Below are positions 18,614 to 27,113 of a DNA stretch of 64,000 nt, piece after piece. The stretch is from NCBI GenBank assembly GCA_036561245.1, contig DATBPQ010000102.1:35388-99387 (forward strand). The letters are read 5' to 3'. This DNA comes from Stellaceae bacterium. Its GTDB lineage: Bacteria > Pseudomonadota > Alphaproteobacteria > ATCC43930 > CGMCC-115725. The notes below the pieces were generated by a model. That model was not told the DNA's origin. It ran no database searches and was given only the letters and a program-made list of their open reading frames with translations. Position numbers and translations under genes: made by a program. How positions within the stretch are numbered: the stretch's first letter is position 1; each line of letters opens with the position of its first letter.

Positions 18614-19525
18614 CTACTTCCGCCCGTATTTCTTCTTGTCGAGCGCTTCGCGGGCGGCGCGGTATTTCGCCATCGCCTGGCCGCGCTTGGACTGCCCTTC
18701 CTGGTCGGAGTCCTCGGGCGGGAGCGCATCGAGCACCGCCTTGAAACCCATCTCCAGCCCTTTGCGCGATTCGGGATAGGGGATGATGTAGAACTGGTTT
18801 TTCTTCACCGCCTCGAGGACGTGGCCGGCGAGTTCCTCCGGCTCCATGCCCTGGCTGTAGATTTCGTGGAGGGCCTTGATTTCGTCGTCGTCGACCTGGA
18901 AGCCGCTATTGGCGTATTTCGCCGGCCGCGTCTTGATCGATTCCGCGATGTTGGTCTTGATGTTCGCCGGGCACAGGCACGACACGCCGATATCGTATTT
19001 CGCCAGTGCGTCGCGCATCGCCATCGAAATGCCGTGCACCGCGAATTTCGAAGCGCTGTAGATGCCGGCGACGCTGGCGGCGAAGAAGGCGCCGAGCGAG
19101 GCGGTGTTGACGATGTGCCCGCCCTTGCCGTGCGCGATCATGCGCGGCACGAAGGTCTGCATGCCGTTGACCACACCGCCGAAATTGACGCCCATCATCC
19201 AGTCGTAATCGGCGTAGGTCGCCTTCTCCAGCGGGCCGAAGATCGACACGCCGGCGGTGTTGAACAGAAGCTGCACCGGGCCGAGCGCGCGCTCCACCTC
19301 ATCGGCGGCGCGGAGATAGGCGTCTCGGTCGGTGATGTCGAGCCTGACGCCGTGAACCTGCGCGCCGCGCTGTTTCAGCTCGGCGACCGCCTTGTCGAGC
19401 GCATCCTGGCGGATATCGGCGATGGCGATTTTGCAGCCCGCCTTGGAAAACACCTTGGCCTGGCCGAAGCCGGCGCCGCTCGCGCCGCCGGTGATGAATG
19501 CGACTTTGCCCGCAAAATCCTGCAT
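18614..19525 (-). CDS. SDR-family oxidoreductase
   Basis: 303 aa. Has TGGASGAGFG cofactor motif, NTAG, and the YSASK catalytic motif. Confidence 0.85.
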   Translation of the reverse strand: MQDFAGKVAFITGGASGAGFGQAKVFSKAGCKIAIADIRQDALDKAVAELKQRGAQVHGVRLDITDRDAYLRAADEVERALGPVQLLFNTAGVSIFGPLEKATYADYDWMMGVNFGGVVNGMQTFVPRMIAHGKGGHIVNTASLGAFFAASVAGIYSASKFAVHGISMAMRDALAKYDIGVSCLCPANIKTNIAESIKTRPAKYANSGFQVDDDEIKALHEIYSQGMEPEELAGHVLEAVKKNQFYIIPYPESRKGLEMGFKAVLDALPPEDSDQEGQSKRGQAMAKYRAAREALDKKKYGRK

Positions 19526-19550
19526 AGCGATCTCCCAAATCTTGTTCAGT

Positions 19551-19594
19551 CGATTACCGCGCGATCTGCCCGATTACCGCGCGATCTGCCCGAT
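19551..19594. repeat. Tandem 20-bp duplication (2.2 copies) spanning the chrA stop codon
   Basis: cgattaccgcgcgatctgcc occurs at 19551-19570 and again at 19571-19590, followed by cgat. The copy at 19571-19590 contains the real chrA stop (tta at 19574-19576). Confidence 0.9.
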
Positions 19595-20782
19595 GGCAAT
19601 CCCGCCGCCGACCGCAAGCGCCACCACCACGATGGGCGGCGCGCGCCAGACCGTGAGCAACACAAATGCCACCAACGCCAGCGCGAAATCGGGTGCGGCT
19701 TTAACGGCGCTCACCCAAAGCGGGTTGTACAGGGCCGCCGCGAGAATACCGACAACCGCTGCATTGATACCGCGCATTGCGGCCTGCGCGCCGCGACGCT
19801 TTCGGAAATCGTCCCAGAACGGCAATGTGCCCAACAGGATCAGGATGCCCGGGAGGAAGATCGCTATCAGCGCCAACACCGCTCCCGGCACTCCCGCGAT
19901 AACCGTGCCGAGATAGGCGGAGAAAGTGAAAAGCGGGCCGGGCAAAGCCTGCGCCGCGCCGTAGCCGGCCAGAAAGGTGTTTTCGTCGATCCAACCTGGC
20001 GCGACCACCGTGTCGCGCAACAGCGGCAACACGACGTGACCGCCGCCAAACACCAGCGCGCCCGCGCGATAGAATGCATCGAACTCGTTCACGCCGGGCA
20101 CGCCGAGGCGATGCAACAGCGGCAATCCCGCGAGCAACAGGAAGAACAGCGACAACGCCGCGATCCCGACGCGGCGGGATACCGGCAGTCCGAGCGTTCC
20201 GTCGCTCGTCGCGCCTGCCACCCGGCAAACGCGCCAACCGGCGACGCCGCCAGCGACAATGACCAAAAGCGGCGCGATGGTGGAATGCACGAGCAATATC
20301 AGCACGGCCGCCGCCGCGATCGTGGCGCGCTCGCGGTCCGGCGCGAGCGTCCGCGCCATATTCCAAACCGCCTGCGCGACGATGGCGACCGCCACCAGTT
20401 TCAGCCCGTGCAGCACGCCCTGCCCGACCAAGCCGCCGAGGAACACCGCGCCATAGGCGAACAGCACCATCAACACGGCCGATGGAACGGTGAATCCCGT
20501 CCAGGCCGCCAAACCACCGAGATAACCCGCGCGCATCAAGCCGATGGAAAAACCGACCTGGCTCGACGCAGGACCGGGGAGGAATTGACACAATGCGACC
20601 AGGTCGGCGAAGGCCCGGTCGCTCAACCAGCCGCGGCGCGCGACGAACTCGTCTCGAAAATAGCCGATATGGGCGATGGGACCGCCGAAGCAGGTCACGC
20701 CGAGCCGCGCAAAGGCGGCAAGAACCTCGAGTGGCGACCCGGTCGCCGATGCGTCACGATGGCTGAGCGCTCGATCCGCCAT
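19574..20782 (-). CDS. chrA: Chromate efflux transporter (CHR family)
   Basis: 402 aa. GVTCFGGPIAHIGYFRDEFV and LCQFLPGPASSQ motifs occur in the N half and recur in the C half (VFGGGHVVLPLL, ALPGPLFTF), which is the typical bipartite ChrA organisation. Confidence 0.9.
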   Translation of the reverse strand: MADRALSHRDASATGSPLEVLAAFARLGVTCFGGPIAHIGYFRDEFVARRGWLSDRAFADLVALCQFLPGPASSQVGFSIGLMRAGYLGGLAAWTGFTVPSAVLMVLFAYGAVFLGGLVGQGVLHGLKLVAVAIVAQAVWNMARTLAPDRERATIAAAAVLILLVHSTIAPLLVIVAGGVAGWRVCRVAGATSDGTLGLPVSRRVGIAALSLFFLLLAGLPLLHRLGVPGVNEFDAFYRAGALVFGGGHVVLPLLRDTVVAPGWIDENTFLAGYGAAQALPGPLFTFSAYLGTVIAGVPGAVLALIAIFLPGILILLGTLPFWDDFRKRRGAQAAMRGINAAVVGILAAALYNPLWVSAVKAAPDFALALVAFVLLTVWRAPPIVVVALAVGGGIAIGQIAR

Positions 20783-20849
20783 ATGCGGCGGATGAAAGCA
20801 GGTTCAAGACGCCGACGCCAGACGGACCGGAATAGCGGACGAAGCCGCC

Positions 20850-22211
20850 TTAGGCGGCGCGGATCACGGTAATCGGCGTGCGTTGCGGCGCGGCATCGGC
20901 CCAGCCGGCGCCGTCGTAATTCGGGTGGCCGCGCAGGGCGAGATCGCGGCCGACCAGATCGACGACGTGATGATGCGCCGCGAGCTTCGGACGCAGATCG
21001 GCGAACGCCTTGTGGCCGGTGCCGACCACCACGACGTCGCCGCCGCGCAGCGCGGAAGCGAGGTCGTCGACCAACAGATCGTTGAGATGCGGCAGATGCT
21101 GCATCGCGAACCGGCGGTTGGAGCCGACCAGCTTCGCGACCTGGAGATCGCGGTCGTAGATCGTAAGCCGGTAGCCCTTGCCGAGCAGGCGTTCGGCCAG
21201 TTCGACCAGCGGGCTTTCGCGCAGATCGTCGGTGTTCGGCTTGAAGGTCAGGCCCAGCATGGCGACGCTGCGCTTGCCGGTGGCGGCGATGGCCGCGAGC
21301 GCCCGGTCGATCTGCAAATGGTTGACCGCGACGGTGGCGTCGAGGATCGGCGTCGGCGCGTCGACCATCTTGGCGTGATAACGGAGCGCGCGCAGATCCT
21401 TCGGCAGGCACGAGCCGCCGAACGCGAAGCCGGGCTTCATGTAAGCCGGGGAAATGTTGAGCCGCTTATCGGCGCAGAGGATTTCCATGACCTTGTTGCC
21501 GTCGATGCCCGACGCCTTGCAGATCGCGCCCATCTCGTTGGCGAAACTGACCTTCAAGGCGTGCCAGACATTGTTGGCGTATTTGATCGACGCGGCGGTG
21601 CGGCAATCGACCACGAAACTGGTGGCGCCGTTATCCGCGTTGAGGCTTTTGAGCGCGTCGGCTGTGCGCGCATCCATCGCGCCAATCACCGCGACCTGCG
21701 GATTGCGAAAATCCTCGATGGCGGAGCTTTCGCGCAGGAACTCGGGGTAATAGCCGAGGCCGAAATCCTTGCCCGGCTCCTTGCCCGAATGTTCGCGCAG
21801 CAGCGGAATGATCTGGCTCTCCATCACGCCCGGCAGAATCGTCGAGCGCACCACGACCATGTGCCAATCGCGCTTGGTCTTAAGCGACTTGCCGATATCG
21901 GCGGCGATCTGAAGCACGTATTTGAGATCGAGGCTGCCGTTCGGCAGGCTCGGCGTGCCGACGCAGATGAAGCTGAGCTCGGAGTCCGCCATCGCCCGTG
22001 CGACGTCGGCGGTGGCGGACAGCCGCCGCGCTTTCACCGCGCGCTCGATCAGTTCACCGAGACCCGGCTCGACGATCGGCGACTGGCCCGCATTGATGGC
22101 GTCGACCTTCTCGGTCGAGATGTCGACCGCGACGATGTCATGGCCCTCATCCGCCATGCAGGCGGCGACCACGGTGCCGACATACCCAATGCCAAAGACG
22201 CTGACTTTCAT
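20850..22211 (-). CDS. Nucleotide-sugar 6-dehydrogenase, AlgD-like (probable GDP-mannose 6-dehydrogenase)
   Basis: 453 aa. FGIGYVG Rossmann start, then SPIVEPGL, SFICVGTP, NGSLDL, VVVRSTILPG, PEFLRES, GFAFGGSCLPKD (catalytic Cys) and TDDLRESPLVELAE. As I recall the P. aeruginosa AlgD sequence, this motif string matches it better than it matches Ugd. Confidence 0.8.
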   Translation of the reverse strand: MKVSVFGIGYVGTVVAACMADEGHDIVAVDISTEKVDAINAGQSPIVEPGLGELIERAVKARRLSATADVARAMADSELSFICVGTPSLPNGSLDLKYVLQIAADIGKSLKTKRDWHMVVVRSTILPGVMESQIIPLLREHSGKEPGKDFGLGYYPEFLRESSAIEDFRNPQVAVIGAMDARTADALKSLNADNGATSFVVDCRTAASIKYANNVWHALKVSFANEMGAICKASGIDGNKVMEILCADKRLNISPAYMKPGFAFGGSCLPKDLRALRYHAKMVDAPTPILDATVAVNHLQIDRALAAIAATGKRSVAMLGLTFKPNTDDLRESPLVELAERLLGKGYRLTIYDRDLQVAKLVGSNRRFAMQHLPHLNDLLVDDLASALRGGDVVVVGTGHKAFADLRPKLAAHHHVVDLVGRDLALRGHPNYDGAGWADAAPQRTPITVIRAA

Positions 22212-22246
22212 GCCCTGAAACCTATCGGGAGAAGGTTAGTAATCGT

Positions 22247-24235
22247 TTAAGGATCGATTTGGAGGCGGGCGGCCACAACCTCGCCCGCGTTCAAATGGCC
22301 GCTGCCGACGAGGCTGGTGGACGGCTCTTTCTCGTGAAAGGCCGACGAGTACCAGCCCATCATCGGCTCGGTGGCGCCGCGATGCACCTGCCAGCCGAGC
22401 GCCGCCGGCAAGGTCAGGCGTCCGGTATAGCGGCGGCCATTGGCCTGCCAGGCGAGCGCGAAACCATTGCCATCGGCGCGCGCCTCGACGGCGGGGCCGA
22501 GATGATAGGCGAGCCGCACGTCGAATTGGCCCTGCCCCGCGATGCTGTCGGCAATGTCGATGCGCCGCGCGGCGCGGTCGAGCGTGACGCTGCGTTCATG
22601 GATCGGCTGGCCCGGCTTTTTCTTGGCGTAGCCGTCGTGCCGGGCGCGCCAGCGCGCCACCGTGCCGCTGTCCAAGCCTTCGATGGACAATGCTTCGGCG
22701 TTGGGCCCGTCGAGCCACAGGAACGAACCGCCATAAGTCGCGGAATCGGCGCCGCCGATCTCGAGCGTGTTATGCGCGACGGTCGAGCGGAAATAGCGCC
22801 GCGCCACCGGATCGGTCAGATAGCAATAGGTGCCGGGATCGACCAGCAAATCGATTCCGGCGTGACGCACCTCGATCGAGAGCGCGTCGGCGTGAGCATG
22901 CCCAGCGATCGCGAGATAGCCGTGCGGCCCGTGATCGCAGCGCACCCACAATTCGTCGGCTCGTCCGTCGAGATCGCGCAGAAACGCGAGACCGGCGTCG
23001 GGGAACAGGTTGGGCCGTGTTTGCGGCCGCGCGAAGGTAGGGAGTTGGAACGGATGGCGGCGGCACACTTCCTTGAAAATCGCCGAGCCCATATCGCGTG
23101 GCAGTTCCGGCCACCACGGCGCGGCGCCGACGAGAGTGGCGGCTTCGGCGAGAAGGCGCACCGCGCGTTTGTGACGGCCGGGTGGATCGAGCAGCAGCGC
23201 GTAGGCATCGTCGGTGTCGCCCTGGCGCGGCGGACGCAACGCAACATCGAGCGACGCGGCCCAGGCGTCGGCGAGCCGTGCGATCGCGTCATGGAACGGC
23301 GCGCTGAGCGGCCGGCCGGCGAGGATGCCCTCGGCCGCGGCGACCATCAGCAGCTCCATGGTGAAGCCGTTATATTCCGACGCCAGCTCGCGGCCGACAC
23401 CGTCGGCAAACACTTGCAGCCGCGCCTCTTCCTCGAGGCCGGCGCGGCCGATCTCGAGCCAGCGCGCGCTTTCCGCGAACCAGGGAAACGCGGTGGCGCC
23501 GACATAGAGGCCAAGATACTCGGCGATGAGGTGGTTGTTCGCCGACGAGCCGTAGCTGCGCAGGCCGCCGAGATAGAATTGGTGGCGGTAGATCTGGTCG
23601 CGCGCCAGCGCCGAGTTCTCGAAGAGATCGGCGACGCCGGGCCAGCTCGCGAGCAGGCGGCGGGTCCAGGCGAAGGCGACGAGGCGCATGCCGCACTCGA
23701 TGCCGGCGGTCCAATGAATCCCGGTCAGGAAAGGATTGGCGTCCCACCACGATTTCAGCTGCGACGCCGCGAGCTCGGCGAATTCCGCGCGCCCCGTGAG
23801 AGCATAGGCCGCCGCGAGCAGCGTGACATGGATCAGCCGCGAAGGCGTGAAGGTCAGGTTGCCGACAATGCCGGGTTCGCGCGCGTCGATATCGAACGTA
23901 TAGGCTTCGCTGGGCGCGATGCGTCCGGAATCGGGATCGATGAACCAATCGATCGCGCTTTGCGGCAGTGCCATGTCGCGCTCGAACAGGCGGATGCGGC
24001 CGGCGAGAATTTTTTCAGCGGCCGCGACAACATCGCGCGCGGCGGCGGGATCGAGATCGAGTTTCGCCGGATCGAGCGGCGCGAAATGGAACGCGGGTGT
24101 TCCCAGCATCGTCGGCCGCGCCGGCTCGCCCTTGAGGGCGCGCCAGCGGCGCTTCATCACTTCATCGCGCACCCGCCAGGACACTTCCTGCGGAGTCATG
24201 CGGCGAAGCCGATTGAGATACCAATGAATCGACAT
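22247..24235 (-). CDS. Heparinase II/III-like (polysaccharide lyase fold) protein with no signal peptide
   Basis: 662 aa. N-terminus MSIHWYLNRLRRMTPQEVSWRVRD and C-terminal block GHAHADALSIEV...LLVDPGTYCY are typical of the Hepar_II_III_N/Hepar_II_III families found in glycan loci. Confidence 0.75.
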   Translation of the reverse strand: MSIHWYLNRLRRMTPQEVSWRVRDEVMKRRWRALKGEPARPTMLGTPAFHFAPLDPAKLDLDPAAARDVVAAAEKILAGRIRLFERDMALPQSAIDWFIDPDSGRIAPSEAYTFDIDAREPGIVGNLTFTPSRLIHVTLLAAAYALTGRAEFAELAASQLKSWWDANPFLTGIHWTAGIECGMRLVAFAWTRRLLASWPGVADLFENSALARDQIYRHQFYLGGLRSYGSSANNHLIAEYLGLYVGATAFPWFAESARWLEIGRAGLEEEARLQVFADGVGRELASEYNGFTMELLMVAAAEGILAGRPLSAPFHDAIARLADAWAASLDVALRPPRQGDTDDAYALLLDPPGRHKRAVRLLAEAATLVGAAPWWPELPRDMGSAIFKEVCRRHPFQLPTFARPQTRPNLFPDAGLAFLRDLDGRADELWVRCDHGPHGYLAIAGHAHADALSIEVRHAGIDLLVDPGTYCYLTDPVARRYFRSTVAHNTLEIGGADSATYGGSFLWLDGPNAEALSIEGLDSGTVARWRARHDGYAKKKPGQPIHERSVTLDRAARRIDIADSIAGQGQFDVRLAYHLGPAVEARADGNGFALAWQANGRRYTGRLTLPAALGWQVHRGATEPMMGWYSSAFHEKEPSTSLVGSGHLNAGEVVAARLQIDP

Positions 24236-24241
24236 CGGAAA

Positions 24242-25699
24242 TCAGTGCCCGGCGAGAGGGAAAGGACGCAGGGGGCCCGGCCGCAGCTTGAGCGGCGGCG
24301 GCGCGGCGAGGTTGAGGCGCGGGGTCAAAAACGGAGTCGGCGCGGGCGCGAAACGTGCGCGCGGATCGAACTTCGTCAGCGCGGCGCGCGGCGCCTGCCG
24401 CATCGCCTTGGTCATCGCCACGGGCCCGATGATGAGGAACGGCCAGAACAAGGCGGGCGCGCGGATTAAGTCCGCCTCCACCATGTTGAAAATCAGCATC
24501 ATCACCACGATCAGCAGCATGTACGGCGCGTCGACATCGCGGCCTTGGGCGGTGGCGCGCGCGGCGCTGATCAGCATCTGCAACATCTGAATCGCCACCA
24601 CAATGCAGCCGAGCCAGCCCAGCTCGAGATAGGTCTCGATCCAGCCGTTATGGGCGTGCGGCGGCTTGTAGGAATTGAGGATGCGCCAGATTTCCTGGGT
24701 GCGCGGACTATCTTCATGCCAGAACGCGCTGTAACCGTAGCCGAGCCACGGCCTCTTGTCGCCGTAAGGCAGCACGATCTGCCATAGATCGACGCGCCCC
24801 GTCAGGGTCGCGTCCTTGCCGATGAGCGAGGTCAGCGTGCTGAGGTCGTTGAGGATGAACAACGCGAGCGGCACACCGAGCAGCACCAGCCACGCCATCA
24901 CCACAGTCGTGATCGCGGGCCGCCGGTACATGCCGCGTGCTACCACGCAGACGATCACGCCGACCATGCCGGCAACCCAGCTCGTGCGCGACTGCGACAG
25001 ATAGAGCAGCGCGGCGCACAGCAGGATGCCGATTATCCACAAGACTTTGTCGCGGCTGCGCGTGCCGGGCGAGATGATCAGATAGGTCATCGTCGACATG
25101 CCGGTCGCCATGACGATGCCGAGCGTGTTCTTGCCGTCGAGAATGCCGCGCCACCCGATCGTCGAGTCGGGACCGTTGACGTTGACCAGGTCGATCGCAG
25201 TTTCGTGGAACGTCAGGCCGAGCAGCATCGACCCGACGGCAATGATGAAGATGGATTCCGCGATCAGCACAATGACATCGCGCAGACCGAAACGCGACGC
25301 CAGATAGGCGCCCCAGAGCGCGGTAGTGATCGCCGTACCGGAGCGCCGCAGGCTGATGCCCGGATAGTCGGACCAGATCGCCGACGCAATGGCGAGCGCC
25401 AGGAACAGCAGCACCGGCGTCATGCCCGGAATCGCTCGGATGATATTGTCGCGATAGCGGATACCCATCACCGTGCTAACAGCGAGAATCGCAGCCATCG
25501 TCACCGTATTGATGGGGGCGCTGTCGCCGATGCCGACATCCTGCCCGGTCAGAGTGATATAAAGCGGCAGGACGCCGCCGAACTGGGTGACCATCGCGAA
25601 CAGATGGAAATACTTTTCCATCCGGCTCATCGGGACCCGGGTCGGCAGATCGGGCGACGCGTTCGACGCGTCGTAACGCCTTGAAACGGTTTGATACAT
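24242..25699 (-). CDS. O-antigen ligase/polymerase-like (Wzy_C family) membrane protein
   Basis: 485 aa with about 10-12 TM spans and a large loop containing LSQSRTSW...GYGYSAFW...HAHNGWIE. It ends in a Pro-rich tail. The start could alternatively be 25630. Confidence 0.7.
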   Translation of the reverse strand: MYQTVSRRYDASNASPDLPTRVPMSRMEKYFHLFAMVTQFGGVLPLYITLTGQDVGIGDSAPINTVTMAAILAVSTVMGIRYRDNIIRAIPGMTPVLLFLALAIASAIWSDYPGISLRRSGTAITTALWGAYLASRFGLRDVIVLIAESIFIIAVGSMLLGLTFHETAIDLVNVNGPDSTIGWRGILDGKNTLGIVMATGMSTMTYLIISPGTRSRDKVLWIIGILLCAALLYLSQSRTSWVAGMVGVIVCVVARGMYRRPAITTVVMAWLVLLGVPLALFILNDLSTLTSLIGKDATLTGRVDLWQIVLPYGDKRPWLGYGYSAFWHEDSPRTQEIWRILNSYKPPHAHNGWIETYLELGWLGCIVVAIQMLQMLISAARATAQGRDVDAPYMLLIVVMMLIFNMVEADLIRAPALFWPFLIIGPVAMTKAMRQAPRAALTKFDPRARFAPAPTPFLTPRLNLAAPPPLKLRPGPLRPFPLAGH

Positions 25700-25776
25700 G
25701 GCGCCGAGAATGGCGTCCGAGTCGCTAATTTCCGCTTAACATTACCGGCTCATTGCCGAATAAACTCGACGCTGCA

Positions 25777-26304
25777 ATGGGATACGAGCGGTTTCCGTCG
25801 CGTCGGCGGTGTCTCGCGTGGATTGGGGCGGGACTGGGCGGCATGGTCGCGGCGGGCCGGACGGCTCGGGCGGACGAAGATGCTCGTACCACGCACCAGC
25901 AATTCCGGCGCCATAGCGTCGACGCCATCACGATCACGTTCGTCACGCGCACCGGCCATTACGACTTCCTGGTGGCGTATGTCAGCAACCCCGGCACGCC
26001 CGACAGCGCGTTGATTGCGCGCCGCCAAGTACAGCGGGATGAGGGCATTCTCTACGTCAACGACTATGTGCGACCTATAGCGATCTCCAACCAAGGAGTG
26101 CAGTTCCCTACCGACCTGTTTTTCATTGCCAAAGACGGCCGCGTGCTAGAGGTCCACCCCAACATCATGGCGAATGACAGCCAGACAATCGTCTCCGGCT
26201 CGCCGGTCAAAGCGGCGCTCCAGGTTATCGGGGGCACGGCGATGCGCATCTCGGCGATTCCCGGCGACCACCTGCTGAGCCAGATCTTCGGACGGACATT
26301 GTAG
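25777..26304 (+). CDS. Exported DUF192-like protein
   Basis: Twin-arginine-like signal (FPSRRRCLAWIGAGLGGMVAAGRTARA). The C-terminal part (PTDLFFIAKDGRVLEVHPN...VKAALQVIGG) resembles DUF192. Start is ATG at 25777, or TTG at 25753 as in the track. Confidence 0.55.
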   Translation: MGYERFPSRRRCLAWIGAGLGGMVAAGRTARADEDARTTHQQFRRHSVDAITITFVTRTGHYDFLVAYVSNPGTPDSALIARRQVQRDEGILYVNDYVRPIAISNQGVQFPTDLFFIAKDGRVLEVHPNIMANDSQTIVSGSPVKAALQVIGGTAMRISAIPGDHLLSQIFGRTL

Positions 26305-26421
26305 CCTCGGCCCGGTCACAACAAGACATAGCAATAGGTGCTGTGGCGTTGAATCCCACTATATTTGGATATACACTACTTTGATTCCCGCAGGTTCGGG
26401 GTGGCGAGGAACGGTGTCCGA

Positions 26422-27111
26422 ATGACCCGCATTTACGACGCGCTGCAGATCGAGGGGGAGCGGCCGCGCGATTCATTGGCCACGGCCCCGCAAGTCTACG
26501 GCGAGCCGAGCCTCCTGCCGCGCGAGGAATTGATCGCGTTCTATCACACGCTGCGTATGCAGCTGCCGCAGGACGCGCCACCCATCGTCGAGATCACCAG
26601 CTCCAACCGCGGCGAGGGCACGTCGACCCTGGCGCGCGACCTCAGCAACGCGGTCGCCTCGACCCTGGGGCTGCGCGTGCTGCTGGTGGTGGTCGAGACG
26701 CGCGAAGGCATCGAGCCGGGGCTGGAGACGGTCGCGACCGGCGATGCGCTCGCCACCGACGTGATCGCGCCGGCGCGCGACGGGCCGTTCTATCGCGCGA
26801 CGCTGTCGGTGTTTGGCGCCGGCGCGCGATTCCTGTTTGACAGCGGCGGCATGGAGCGCGTCTTTGCCGAGCTGGTCGAGTTGGTGGATATCGTGTTCAT
26901 CGACGCGCCGCCGATCCTCGCCGAGGTCGGCAGCATGGTGCTGACGCGCTGCGTCGGCGGCGTGGTGCTAGTGGTCGAGGCGGAGCGCACGCGCGCCCCG
27001 ATCGTAGAGCAGGCGCGCCGCGCCATCGAGGCCAATGGCGGCCGGTTGCTCGGCGTGGTGATGAATAAGCGGCGTTATCACATTCCGCGCGCAATCTATC
27101 GGCGGCTCTGA
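26422..27111 (+). CDS. BY-kinase-like P-loop protein (CpsD/CapB/Wzc C-terminal-domain type) with degenerate catalytic motifs
   Basis: Starts at MTRIYDAL (ATG at 26422). Walker A reads SSNRGEGTST (Thr where Lys is expected), the A' region reads LLVVVETRE, and Walker B reads IVFIDAPP. There is no C-terminal Tyr cluster. Confidence 0.75.
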   Translation: MTRIYDALQIEGERPRDSLATAPQVYGEPSLLPREELIAFYHTLRMQLPQDAPPIVEITSSNRGEGTSTLARDLSNAVASTLGLRVLLVVVETREGIEPGLETVATGDALATDVIAPARDGPFYRATLSVFGAGARFLFDSGGMERVFAELVELVDIVFIDAPPILAEVGSMVLTRCVGGVVLVVEAERTRAPIVEQARRAIEANGGRLLGVVMNKRRYHIPRAIYRRL

Positions 27112-27113
27112 GC

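Noticed and set aside
18605-20872. 755-aa plus-strand ORF spanning the SDR and chrA loci
   Set aside because: It is antisense to two well-supported genes, and its product is a low-complexity Arg/His/Asp-rich sequence.
22259-24469. 736-aa plus-strand ORF
   Set aside because: It is antisense to the heparinase-like and Wzy-like genes, and its product is a low-complexity Arg/Gly/Ala-rich sequence.
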